A program made the translations under genes and the position numbers. The notes beneath the pieces were generated by a model that was not told the DNA's origin, did not search any database, and was given only the letters and a program-made list of their open reading frames with translations. From assembly GCF_001194135.2 (NCBI RefSeq), contig NC_069004.1:33327684-33376190 (forward strand): 48,507 bases of DNA, in the 5' to 3' direction. Positions 1 to 12,517 of the stretch are shown here, piece by piece. The first letter of the stretch is position 1, and each line of letters begins with the position of its first letter. The DNA is from Octopus bimaculoides (Eukaryota).

Positions 1-38
<38 letters not shown>

Positions 39-319
39 AACACACACACACAGACATACATATGTATATACACACACACACACACATATATACAGTTTGA
101 AAAGTGGAATGCCCGAAACTCTGGTCCTTCGAGTCACTTGTATAACATTACAACCGAATAATATATAAACGCATACACATGCAAATGCATATATACATCG
201 CATAGAGTTCCTAGTTTTAAGGGTGTACATACATACACATAAACATATAGACACATATAAACAATATACATAACACATGTGTACTGCATTTACCAAAATA
301 GCTGGGTATTTATTGTACG

Positions 320-362
320 TGTATGTATGTATGTAGATAGATAGATAGACAGACAAACAGAC

Positions 363-401
<39 letters not shown>

Positions 402-416
402 TAGATAGAGGTAGAC

Positions 417-448
<32 letters not shown>

Positions 449-500
449 TGATAGATAGAGATAGATAGATAGATAGACAGATAGAAATAGAGAGAAGGGG
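320..500. repeat. Compound (TATG)/(TAGA)/(CAGA) microsatellite
   Basis: Read directly from the sequence. Similar tracts lie at 14130-14400, 22420-22500, 25100-25150 and 43865-44165. Confidence 0.95.
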
Positions 501-3500
501 AGAGGGTAAGTGGTGTGAAAGTGTCTGTATACACACTCTCTTCTTCTGGCGTGTGGAAATTCACACAATATTTTACAAATGCAAAAATTTAACAAACTCT
601 AATTAAGACAATGTGTTAAATAGATTGAGTGAATGCTCTCTCGGTCTCCCGCAGTAAATGAGCAAGTGTATATATGTATAAAACAGCATTTGTGTGTGTG
701 TGTGTGTAAGTGTATATATACCGTTTGTAAGTCTACATAACAGTGTATGTGCAATCTTTAAATGATTAAATAACCAGTCTTGATAAAACTGTCTTTCATT
801 ACAACACATCATCTCTTAAGAAGCAGACAAAGTCTGTATGTCTGTGCACGTGTTGTGTGTGTGTGTGTGTGTGAGCTTGTAGGTGTATAAGTCAACTTGG
901 AATCGGGCCCAAAGCTTAAAATCACATTTCAGTATACATATAATTTATAAACACACACATATACACACATACAGGCTATATATATATATATAATTTTGAT
1001 GAGCGTGTACACGTGCGTACATACATGCACATACAAACACCCGTATGCAACGAGGACTGCTTCTCTGTGAGTCTAAAAAGAGGCGTAGAATTCCCAAGAT
1101 TAATTGCGACATACATATACATAGACATACACGAATATATTCACACACAAAGACATATTCATACACACATGGCATCTTACGCAGTAAATGCAGCGACATG
1201 AAATAGCAGCTAAATCCTCCGAATCACATATTATTGTTTAAAAGCAAGAGTGGGGGGGGGGGGAGAAACGACGATCAATAATACAATCTCAGATATACAG
1301 ATTAAAAGATAAAAAGACGAGATTGTCACAGCTGGAATGCTTTCGGTGTTAAGTCTATTCGAGCAAGTATGACCTGGGTCTAAACAACAAACACAGAGGG
1401 AGCACCTACGTGGTTAGTGGACCAGCAGAAATAGCAGCTACATTTGCATTCAAATAATAGTAACATCTTGAAACAAAAAAGATCATCAGATAATGTAGTC
1501 CTAGATACACCATGACGGAGGAAAGAGGTGTAACTGATCGGAGTTGACCTGCAGTTAAACAATAACATACATGAATTAAATCACTGTATTTATAGTGAAA
1601 TATCAAACAACGCCTGCAGTATTGTGCCGACCACATATATAGGGAAAAATATGTAAGGGCCATTATTTATTCCTTGACCTTATATATCACCGTGTAAAAA
1701 CCAGTTTGTCTGGAGCCCAACCACGGATTTACAATATAGAATTGTAACGAACCAACCATAGGCTTGGAACCTGCTATAAGAAAACGTGGAGTTCTTCACT
1801 GATCTGAATAATGTTGTTAGCCTGGTGTGCCCCAACTGAGAGCTTATGTAGTATTTTGTCCGGATTGATAATCCCTCCCTATCGGCTATATATATGTATA
1901 TATATATGTATATACACATATATATATATAGTGGTTCAATATACAATGTGGACATACGTGTCGTATATGCGCAGCACCTTGGTGGTAAATGTCTTCCACT
2001 TGAACTTCAGGGTGACCAAAACATTGCGAATGGATTTGGTAGACGAAAACTGAAAGAAGCCTGTCCTGTGTGTGTCCTCTACCATCGGTTGACAACCGGT
2101 ATTGGTTTCTTAATGTGTGTGTGTGTGTGTTGCATTGGAGATTTGTAGAGACACTTTAGCTCTACGACTAAAGATAACTGAATTGGCAGACAGACAGACA
2201 AATAGATACACAAACACAATTCCACCATTCCAACTAAGATACAAGATAGATACATAACACAAGAAGACTTCAGTTTGAAGCTGACCACAATGGCAGGGAG
2301 GAGGGGAACATGTGTGCATACATATATATAGATATAAGTACATATATATGCATATATGTATGTATATACATACATTTGTCTGTATAAATGTTTATATGTG
2401 TATGTGCATATATACATATACACACGTGTATGCATATATGTATACAAATATATACATGCATGTGTGTGTGTTTGTATACACACATTGTAGAATGCAACTT
2501 CTTGGAACATTGTAGATTCGTAAGATGTCACATTGGAATCCTACAAAAGAGAAAACAATTAGGGGCTGCAGGCTGGTTCCAGAAATAGGCAAGCTAGGTT
2601 TTCTAGATCTTTCTTCCTTAAAAGGAAAGCAGTGCTATCCTTGGAAAAACTGCTTCTCAGTCACCATAGCAACTGCCAAATACATCCGTCACCAAAGTTT
2701 GGGAGACGTTGATCCAATATCATAAATTGACTGTGGGTAGGTTTACGATTACACAATCTGCTCAATCGTCAATTTGGCTGTGGCCATGTTGGGGCAGCAC
2801 TTTGAAGAATTTTAGACAAATGAATTGACTCCAGGACTTATTCTTTAAGTCCAATACTTATTCTATTGGTCTCTTGCTGAGCCATTACGGTACAGGGATG
2901 TAAACACACCAACACTGGCTGTCAAGTAATAGTGGAGGACTAACAGACACACACGCATACCCCCCCCCCTTTTACCCACTCCCACTTATTACACTTGGTA
3001 TAGCACTAGTGTAACAATAATTGGGTACCCTCCCAGCAGTATATTGGATAGATACTATCCCTTAGTGGGTTGAATCCTCAACCCCTAACTCTCTTGCATT
3101 ATATATATGATGGGTTTCTTTCAGTTTCCATCTGCCAAGCCCACTCACAAGGTTTTGGTCAGCCTGAGGCTAGGGAAGATACTTGCCCAAGGTGCCACAT
3201 TGTCAGAGTGAATCAGGAACCATGTGGTTGGGAATCAAACTTCTTACCACACAGCCACACCTGCGCAATATATTCTACTATTCCAAATTTGTGCAGAACT
3301 TTCTGAGAGATCCACCCACAAAAGCATTTTCAAAGAGATTCCTGCAAGAGAAATTGGTTCTGCTACCAGAAGCCTGCTTTCATTTTTCATACAGAACAGC
3401 TCTCCTACCAGTCAGTCACTACAGCGCTGGTTATGCTGACAAGCAACTGCACAACCTGTCAGTGTTACATCAGAGCCATTGACCCCGTTGAAAAGTTACC

Positions 3501-4107
3501 TGCTGTTTTTGCACCTTTGAAGATATGTAGAAGTACAGGTAAGAGTGAGTGACAGGAAGAGCATCCCACAATAACACAATGCTTCAGTAATGTATTCATC
3601 CGACCCATATTAACATGAAAAAATGGACATAAAATTATGAGGTTATATATATATATATATAAATATATATATATATACACACATACACATGCATATATGT
3701 ACATATGAATGCACACAAACCTATATACACACATGCATATATGTGTATGCAAATATATCATCATTTAACATCTGCCTTCCATGCTGGCATGGGTTGGATG
3801 GTTTGACAGGAGACAGCCAGGTAGAAAACTACACCATGCTTCTGTGCCTGTTTTGGCAGGCTTTTTACAGCTGGAGGCCCTTCCAAATGCTAACCACTTC
3901 ACAGTGTAGACTGGATGCTTTTTATGTCTGTTTTCCATACTGGCATGGGTTGAATGGTTCAACAGGAGCTGGATGCCACTTCTAACACAAACCACTTTAC
4001 AGTGCATATTGGGGGCTTTTTAAAAAGCAGTAGCATTAGTGAGGTTACCAAGGTGGCTGAATGCCAGGTGATGAGAGGTTAAGAATGTATACACATACAT
4101 ATATAGT

Positions 4108-4497
4108 TCTTTTTATTCTTTTTTATTTCAGACATTTGACTGCAGCCATGCTGGAGCACTGCCTTTAGTCAAACAAATCAATCCCAGGACTTATTCTGTG
4201 TAAGCCTGGTACTTGTTCTATTGGTATCTTTTGCTGAACTGCTTCAGTTATGGGGACGTAAACACACCAACATCGGTTGTCAAATGATGGTAGGGGGGGG
4301 GGACAAACAGACACACAAATACTCACACACACATATGACGGGCTTCTTTCAGTTTCCCTCTACCAAATCCACTCACACGACTTTGGTTGGCCTGAGGCTG
4401 TAGTCGAAGACACTTGCTCATGGTGATATGCAGTGGGACTGAACCTCAACCATGTAGTTGGTAAGCAAGCTACTTACCAAACATCCACTCCTGTGCA
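4108..4497 (-). mobile_element. SINE family B, full-length older copy
   Basis: Same head, core and tail as 29443-29844. Other family B copies lie at about 1970-2110(+), 2745-3275(-, split), 19259-19390(+), 33799-34088(+), 41005-41402(-), 42695-42850(+), 44445-44855(-) and 46810-46952(+). Confidence 0.88.
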
Positions 4498-4729
4498 TAA
4501 ATATATATTTATGATTATATACATACACTGGCTCTTCTTGGCCTGAACAACCACCTCAGGCCCCAACATCTTTCACACCCATCAGGATGAGGCGGCTCAA
4601 TCACTTGCTAGCTTTACTTGGATATGAGTTTAATGCTGACAACAACACACACTGACACATATATATACATTAATACCGCTCCAACCGCATGGGTTCAGGT
4701 CCAGTCCAGTTGTGTGGCAACTTCGGCCA

Positions 4730-6110
4730 GTGGTGATATCATTTTTGAAGCAGGATGACAAGGCTGGGTAACCACACACAAGCCAGGATCTCCTTGTTGG
4801 TGACCTAAGTCTATTTGGTGCTCAAAATTCATCTTAAGCTGCAGAGGTGGGATGTATTGAGACACTGCTCAAGTGGATCAGATGCTAATCCTTACAATGC
4901 AAGCTCTGTACACCTTAGCATGTTTATAAGTAGCTTACTGTTCTCTAAGGCTCAGATTAACATTCTCGCTAGTATTGAGATGGCTTTCCCAATGCATTTG
5001 CTGATCTCAGACACTGGAGAAGGGTATCTCTGAAGGCGAAGCCGAGGTACATAATCTAATGGACTTCATCTAGCTCACAGTTGTTAATGGAGATGGTTGT
5101 GGAGGGCTCAAGATTCTGGCCCAGAATGTTGTCTTCTTCAAACTGATGGTTAAGTTAAAGTTTTGACAGGCTCAACCCCTTGTGAGGTTGTTTCTAAGGT
5201 GTTGCAGTTGCTCCTCTGAGTGGGTTATGAATGCATCATTGGCAAACAGCATGCCTCTGACAGTTATCTTTCATATTTGGGTCTTTGCCCTCATTTGAGA
5301 CAGGCTGAGAAGTTTGCCATCAGATCTTGTGTAGAGGTAAACTTCGTCAGTTGATGTGTCCAAAGGTATGCTTCAGGACAACAGTGAAGAAGATGCTAAA
5401 CAGGATAGATACAAGCAGGCAGCCCTGTTTCACTCCACTGTAAAGGGAGTCTGAGGAAAAGCAATTTAAGTAGATGACACCTTTCATGACCATGTGGAAT
5501 GACTGAACAATCCTGAGTAGCAATGGTAGGCACCAAAATCTTAGCAAGAATTTGGAACAGGGCATCTTTGCCCACAAGGTGCAAAGCCTTTGTGAGGTCA
5601 CCAAAAGTAATACAGAGTGGTTTTGTCACTCTATATTTTCCATGCAGTTGTCAAGGGCAAATCATGTCCGTTAAGGTGTACTTATTTGTACTTGCAGTGG
5701 CATTTACCACCTAGCTGGGTTGAGGTGGCTCCAACCAACGAGTTCACCGCATCCCTCACAAGGTTTGACCACATCCAACAGGCGGCCAGAGACGAGGCTG
5801 TGATGGATTCCCACTCCCAGTTCAACTGCCAAAGACCTTAGACACAGGGTCTGAATTGTGCTTCCACGGTCCCCTTCAGCTGTCCACAAGCTCATTTGCA
5901 CCAGCCTGGGAGGGGAGCTGGACTGAGTGCAGCGGTCAGGACTGAATCCACACTGATATCCAGACTATACCCTTTCACTGATTTTCCAGTCTGTTTAGGG
6001 ACTGGACAAGCAAAGACCTTTCCAACGATGCTAAGCAAAAGGACTTGGGTATATGTTTTGGAACAGCCATTTTGGCATTGCTGAGTTGATGCTGACTTCT
6101 TTGACATCAG
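4730..6110 (-). mobile_element. Decayed RTE-clade LINE, reverse-transcriptase region
   Basis: Frameshifted translation gives LLSIVGKVF, QCGFSPDR (QCGFR motif), KPLCITFGDLTKAL (FIDLTKAFD), SGVKQGCLL (GVKQGC), YTRSDGKL, MLFANDA (LFADD) and VYRACI. It is interrupted at about 5685-5935. Confidence 0.9.
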
Positions 6111-6399
6111 ACATTTTGAGGTTTCCCAGTTTATGTAAGTATATTTCTCTTCATGCATATAAGGAGAGGAAAATTATGATTCATCCTTTCTCTCTCTCTC
6201 CCTCTCTCATTCCTTCTCTCCCAGTTTATATACGAGACCATACTTGTCTTAATATATATGAAGAGAAGGAAAGTATTTATGTCAGTTGTATCCAGTTAAT
6301 AAATTGTAACCTATCTCTCTCTCCCCTATCTGTAAATGTGTATATCTTACACATGTTCTCGTGCATTGCCTCCAGTATTGAAAAGTAATGTCACCAAAA

Positions 6400-6660
6400 C
6401 ATTGAAAATCCAGTTAGCCATGTCAAATTGTCAGTGTCCAAGCAGCCACACCCAATTGTCTCGTTCCAAGAAGATTCCTCTGTGGTCATTGCAATCACTT
6501 CCATAGCCTTCATACAAGAACAGGGTGAAAGCATTGCAGTCTCATGTCCCAAGGGAGTGCTCCTTCTTTGCTGAATGCACACAACAGTATGTCTAAGTGG
6601 TACAACAGGATGTTTTTTGCACACTTGATAGCTTCTGGTGGAATGCTATTGGTGTCTTGC
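6400..6660 (-). mobile_element. Second RTE-clade RT fragment (N-terminal part)
   Basis: Translates as DTNSIPPEAIKCAKNILLYHLDILLCAFSKEGALPWDMR...KGYGSDCNDHRGI, resembling RTE GxDGIPPE...EGxVPQDMRDA...KGDRSDCNNYRGISLL. Confidence 0.75.
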
Positions 6661-6774
6661 TAATGGGAAGGTTTAATATTCGCATATCTATGAACATGTA
6701 AATACATGTGTGTGTATATATACATATATATATCTACATTCATGTATGAATGTTTAGATCTACATATATATATT

Positions 6775-6815
<41 letters not shown>

Positions 6816-7538
6816 AGTAAAGTATATTTATCGTACATTTTATCGGTACAGCTCAGTGTAACTTCAAAAACCTGTTATACCTACAGCTGGTATCATTAGG
6901 CTGTAGGTGGTATAAAGTAGGTGCTTTTATATGCATATTCAAAAAATTGTTACCCATAAACGAACTTAAAGTATATATATATATATATATATATATCAGT
7001 GGCAAGTCCGGCACTCGGGCTGTTAGAGCTTTGCCCGAGTATAAATTTAGTAAAATGAACGTGTATTTGCAAGCCGATTTAATTTCTGCCAACACTGACT
7101 TCAAGTATGTAATTTCAGTCAATGACTCCGGCTCCTTTTATTGAGCCTGGTCGCAGTTCATTTATTTTCGTTCAGTGTCTGGCGATCGTGTTAGTGAAGC
7201 CCTTTGTCAACAAATATCATTCGTAGCAGACGTTCTCTCGACATCGTTCACACACGCCTGACTCGGGCTCAGAAGTTACACCCAGAGTTTTTATCTATAA
7301 TCGTAAAAATTAAAAGTATCTCAAATTCAATGTTTTTTGTTTTTGAAACAATAAATTTCTATAGAGATTAGGATTTAAATTCCAATCTATGAAAAGTTTC
7401 CATTCTACAATATTGTTAAAGGAACGAAAAATTATCCAGCAACTCAGGCTAACACAGAGGAACCTGGTCGGTGTGAAAGTCTAACTGGCATCTCTTGTCA
7501 AGAGTACAGGTGACAGTCAGATCACTGANNNNNNNNNN

Positions 7539-7572
<34 letters not shown>

Positions 7573-9115
7573 TGCACAAACACATCATCCTTATTCAATG
7601 CCCAGTTTCCATATTGGCAAGTGTTGGACTGCTTACCAGTAACTGATGAATCGAAAGGCTGCATCAGATTCCAAAGTCTGTTTTGGTATGGTTTCTATGG
7701 CTGGATGCCCCTCCCAATGCTAACCACTTTACAGAGTGTACTGGGTGGTTTTGTAATGCCACCAGCATGATTGGAGATTGCCTTGCAACTTGAAAGCTCA
7801 GGGCCCAGGCTGCTCCCTATAACGGAGGGAGGACAGAGGAGAGAATGGATTAAAGGCAGCAGAATGGTAAGATGAGAGGAATGAATTTATAGTCGAGATA
7901 GTGTGATGGTGGAGAGAGTAACAGAGAAGCAGGCTGGGAGTGGGAGTGAGAGAATGGCAGGAATAGAGCGAAGGAAGGAAATAGTGACAGGGGTTACCGA
8001 GGAGAGGAGGAGGGAAAATCGCGTGCGTTTGCGAAGGGCAATCCAACGTTGTGGAAAGTGATTATGGGCAGAAAGTGTGCAAGGCTATGGTCGGGAAGAG
8101 AGGCGATACACTAGGGTGGAGAGGAATCTTGAGAGAGTAAACTGCAGGAACAGGTGTGGGGGGAGGGCNNNNNNNNNNNNNNNNNNNNNNNNNNNNNNNN
8201 NNNNNNNNNNNNNNNNNNNNNNNNNNNNNNNNNNNNNNNNNNNNNNNNNNNNNNNNNNNNNNNNNNNNNNNNNNNNNNNNNNNNNNNNNNNNNNNNNNNN
8301 NNNNNNNNNNNNNNNNNNNNNNNNNNNNNNNNNNNNNNNNNNNNNNNNNNNNNNNNNNNNNNNNNNNNNNNNNNNNNNNNNNNNNNNNNNNNNNNNNNNN
8401 NNNNNNNNNNNNNNNNNNNNNNNNNNNNNNNNNNNNNNNNNNNNNNNNNNNNNNGGGGGGGGGTAGGCTGGAGTGGCAAAGAGAAGGGATATGGAGGAGG
8501 CAAAGCAGCTGTGGTGGGAGGAGCAGTAATATCCATACAAACACACACTCACATATATCCAGTATACGCAATTGGGGCAGCAATTTACATATCGACAGAG
8601 AATATACATTATATATACACACACGCACGCGCAAATATACCATATACATGCATATATATGCAAATATGCATGTATATATCTACATGTATACATAAACATA
8701 TATACATACACATACATATATATACACATGTATATTTATACAGACATTTGTATATACAGATCTATATATACACACACATACATTTATATACGTGCTCCAT
8801 ATACATAGATTTATATACATACAATCCATATTACATACGTACGTACACTTCCATACGTGTATACACATATACCTATACTTATACACGATCTCATAAATTC
8901 GATGTTTTTTCTTTTCCCTTTTTACGAACGGACACGTATATATAATATGAATGCTTTAAAGATATTATGGATCGGAAATATATACACACTCAAAAAAGCT
9001 ATATATACATATAAGAATTTTGACATGTATGTATGTATGAATATATATAGCCATTTGTGTGATCTTCTGACCCTTAAAAGCATGTATATTTTTTTAATAC
9101 GTGTATATATACGTA

Positions 9116-9153
<38 letters not shown>

Positions 9154-9869
9154 ATGTGTGTATGTGTATATTACATGAAAAGGAGAGCTAACGTAAAATA
9201 AACACAAACTAAGGGAGATAAGAGAGATCTCTAAAGATTTGGTAAATTATACGCATTCTACATACATATATATACACACACAGAGTAATAAATGTATTTA
9301 GAAGTGTGTGTGTGTCTGTATGTTGAGTTAATAGGCTGACTGAAATAGAAAAAGGCAACAAGAAGAAATTATGAAGGTTTGAGTGTGTGTGTGTGTGCGT
9401 GTGTTGTACAGTTAACGACATATATAGAAAAGAAAAGCAACGTATATATATCGTTTATACATACATTCACAGAACGACGACCTACGTATATAAACACACA
9501 TACACACACTATATATATGTATATCTCTGTATATATACATCTATACGATACTTTATTAGATATACATAAAATTTAAGGTTTATATATATATATATATNNN
9601 NNNNNNNNNNNNNNNNNNNNNNNNNNTATATATGCATAGCAGTTACATCAGAAGTACGCATATGATAATAACGATGATTCATAACTAAAGTTTTAGCGTA
9701 ACCAGTTGGTCTATATACATTTATATACACATGTATATATAATATACAAATAGATACATTTACACACACACAGATATGATTTAGTATATTTACATCTGTT
9801 CACTGCGTATATATATATATATGGATTAATATATTTACATGACAGTTCATTGTGTATATACATACACAA

Positions 9870-9913
<44 letters not shown>

Positions 9914-10157
9914 GAAACGATTTCATTAGACAATTTGTATGTATATGTGTATATATATGTATATTACCACATATCTTTCTATAGTTATATATATATATAA
10001 ACTATAGATATAAACACACAAGTGTATATATACACATATATATATATATATACACGTATATATATACTGACAGACATGCGTACACACGTAGTTACCACAG
10101 ATTTATAAAAGAGAGGTGAGGGAATAACAAAAAAAAGAAGTAAATCAAAATTAAATT

Positions 10158-10167
10158 AAAAGGATAC
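10158..10167 (-). promoter_or_regulatory. U12-type (minor spliceosome) 5' splice site GTATCCTTTT of UBE2H intron 1
   Basis: Plus strand 10158-10167 is aaaaggatac; its reverse complement is GTATCCTTTT. This matches the U12 donor consensus RTATCCTTT and lies exactly at the exon boundary. Confidence 0.92.
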
Positions 10168-10220
10168 AGTTTAATCACATCGGTGTCCATCCGTCTCTTG
10201 CCTGGACTAGGCGACGACAT
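10168..10220 (-). CDS. UBE2H: First coding exon (53 nt) of ubiquitin-conjugating enzyme E2 H
   Basis: Minus strand reads ATG TCG TCG CCT AGT CCA GGC AAG AGA CGG ATG GAC ACC GAT GTG ATT AAA CT|GT = MSSPSPGKRRMDTDVIKL. This matches the human UBE2H N-terminus as I recall it (MSSPSPGKRRMDTDVVKL) at 17/18 residues. Start context is ccaacATG (A at -3), and the exon ends at a GT donor in phase 2. Confidence 0.95.
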
Positions 10221-10700
10221 GTTGGAGTTAGAAATCCGTGGTGTGTCCCGAAATGTTGGTTTACTACTTCCTCCAGTAGCAGCAGCAGTAGTAAGCGCAG
10301 CAGTAGTAGTTATACCACCGCTACCACCACCATCGATCTACTTCTTCACGACTACAACAACGACTACACCTCCGCTGCCGCCGCCACCTCAGCTGGTACG
10401 CACCTCCACTGCTCGTCCACTGCAGAAGCAGCCACCGTCGCAGCACCAGTAGTACTACTTCTTCTACTACTGCTGGCGCTGCTGCCGACAACCACCAACC
10501 ATGTACTATATATATACTATATCCTCTACTATGTTATATGTTCAACAATAACACAGATTGCTCGGTTTGCGTTTGTTGTTGTTGTGTTTAAATGTTCTTC
10601 TTCTGGTTGTTGTCGCCGTTGTTAATCAAAATCCTGAGCTCAAACCGTAACCTACGTTAATAAAAAAACGAAAAAGGAAAAAAAACAATTAATTACAGAT
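10221..10700 (-). promoter_or_regulatory. UBE2H 5' UTR / proximal promoter (TSS not determinable)
   Basis: A CpG- and triplet-repeat-rich, TE-free stretch directly upstream of the ATG. It contains two short upstream ORFs (10502-10467 and 10333-10310). Confidence 0.6.
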
Positions 10701-10767
10701 TTCAAACTGGTCAGTCACGGTTTCAAACGGAGTACAGGGCATATCATGGGGTAATATTTAAATAATG

Positions 10768-10816
<49 letters not shown>

Positions 10817-10899
10817 CAGTAATAATGATAGCAAGGGGGCGAAATGTGTACTTGGTGAAATCTACCCCAGCGTTTTACTGGAACTAGTACAACAATTAA

Positions 10900-11768
10900 C
10901 TAATTAATTAACGATGATAAGAATAACGACGACGATGGCACGAGAGTGGTAAGAATTGTTAATTGCCTGTGTTAGGAATCGAAACCCAACAGACAACGTT
11001 CTGGTGGTGGTCGTTTTCCTCACTACGTTATTAACTGTTTGATCTGTGTTTACATCTGAGCAGTTCTGTAGCTGTGTGTGTAAATATGTATATATATATA
11101 TGGGTGTGTGTGTGTGTGTATAAAGAGAGTGGGAGGGGATTACCCGCTGCCACCACCATCACTAGCCTAAGAAGCAATGAGTAGCAGTAGTAGTAGAAAG
11201 AAAATTACTTAACGGTAAGTGAAGAGGGCGATGGAGGTGGTGTGGAGGCGTAGCAGAAACAGAGAGAGAGAGAGAGAGTGAGAAAGAAAGACGAAGACGA
11301 GACGATCTGGGTGGATTAAATTATCATTACTATTAATTATTATTGTTGTTATCAATAATGATTATTATTAAGTTCTTGAGAGATGGCTGCAATGTTGTTG
11401 ATATTATTTGCAATGACTAGCAGGGTTGGCTGGTTTGTTGGTAGGTTAGTAGGTAGATTGCTGGTTATATTATGTTACCGTTTGTTATTCGTCATTGTTG
11501 TTGTTGCTATTGTGATAGTGGTGGTAGAATTTACAGGATGGCTGGGTAGCTAACTGGCTGGCTGGTTCGTCAGTTGGTCTTTACTGTCAGCTCTCTCTAT
11601 ATATAATATATATAGCGCTGACATATATATATATATATATACGCGCTTTTGCTATATATGTATATATATAGATAGATGTGATGTTACTGTTGTGATTTTG
11701 GCGACGTGGTGCTAATAGTAGAGGGGTAAAAACGCCTGATGGTATGGTATGGTATGGTGACTGGTTGC

Positions 11769-11799
<31 letters not shown>

Positions 11800-12265
11800 G
11801 TAACAATGTTATAACATATGAAAACAATAACAAAAATGATAATAACAGAAACGGTGTTGTTGTTGTTGGTGGTGATTCGTAGTTGTTTTTGTTGTTATTG
11901 TCGCGTCGATGGTATTGTATGATGGTAACAGAATGTTAAGATTCCTCCTCCTTCTCCGTTTGTCTCCTCCTCTTCCTCCTACCCTCGCTCTCTCTTCCTC
12001 CTCTTCCTCGTACTCCACTTAGGTAAGTAAAGACGTTGTTGTGATTACCACGACGACGATGATGATGATGAGGTGGTGGTGGTGTTGCTGGTGTTGCTGT
12101 TATTATTGACGGTGGTGTTGGTGGCGATGGCGAAAGGTTAGCTGACAACTGAACAACACACATCCGAACTAAACGAGCTGCGAGTGGAGTGTAGAAGTGG
12201 AGTTGAGGCTGGAGTAGAAGTGGAATGAGGTGAGTGTGAAAGAAAATAATAACAGAGCAAGATAG
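10900..12265 (+). promoter_or_regulatory. Putative divergent promoter / non-coding first-exon region with multiple consensus 5' splice sites
   Basis: Plus-strand donors: TG|GTAAGA (10948/9), CG|GTAAGT (11214/5), AG|GTAAGT (12022/3), AG|GTGAGT (12229/30), AG|GTAAGC (12265/6). I saw no equivalent minus-strand donors here. The region is CpG-rich and largely free of TEs. Confidence 0.5.
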
Positions 12266-12282
12266 GTAAGCGTGTGTGCATG

Positions 12283-12284
<2 letters not shown>

Positions 12285-12369
<85 letters not shown>
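12285..12369. repeat. (TA)n-(CA)n microsatellite
   Basis: Read directly from the sequence. Other long (TA)n tracts lie at 1-34, 10770-10813 and 46142-46229. Confidence 0.97.
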
Positions 12370-12370
<1 letters not shown>

Positions 12371-12452
12371 TAATGAGGCGCTGAAACCAGCTTCGTTGTC
12401 AACAAAAAATAGAACTGCTAAATATCTTGTTTACCTTTGCATATAGTGTATG

Positions 12453-12517
<65 letters not shown>

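Larger units (their letters stand above)
1..10167 (-). other. UBE2H: UBE2H intron 1 (partial; 3' end lies beyond the window)
   Basis: No segment encoding the expected exon 2 (IESKHEVTILGGLNEF-like) was found on the minus strand in 1-10167 by eye. The interval holds repeats and TE relics. Confidence 0.75.

Noticed and set aside
4040-4088. Minus-strand TTCTTAAC...CAG as the 3' end of UBE2H intron 1
   Set aside because: The following sequence does not encode the expected IESKHEV peptide and lies at the edge of a SINE-like repeat.
10183-10452. 89-aa plus-strand Pro/Thr/Ala-rich ORF
   Set aside because: It is the antisense shadow of the UBE2H exon and its triplet-rich UTR, with no recognisable homology.
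11936-12367. 143-aa minus-strand ORF with a Pro/His-rich middle
   Set aside because: It begins in a (TA)n tract and is low complexity, and the splice signals in this region favour the plus strand.
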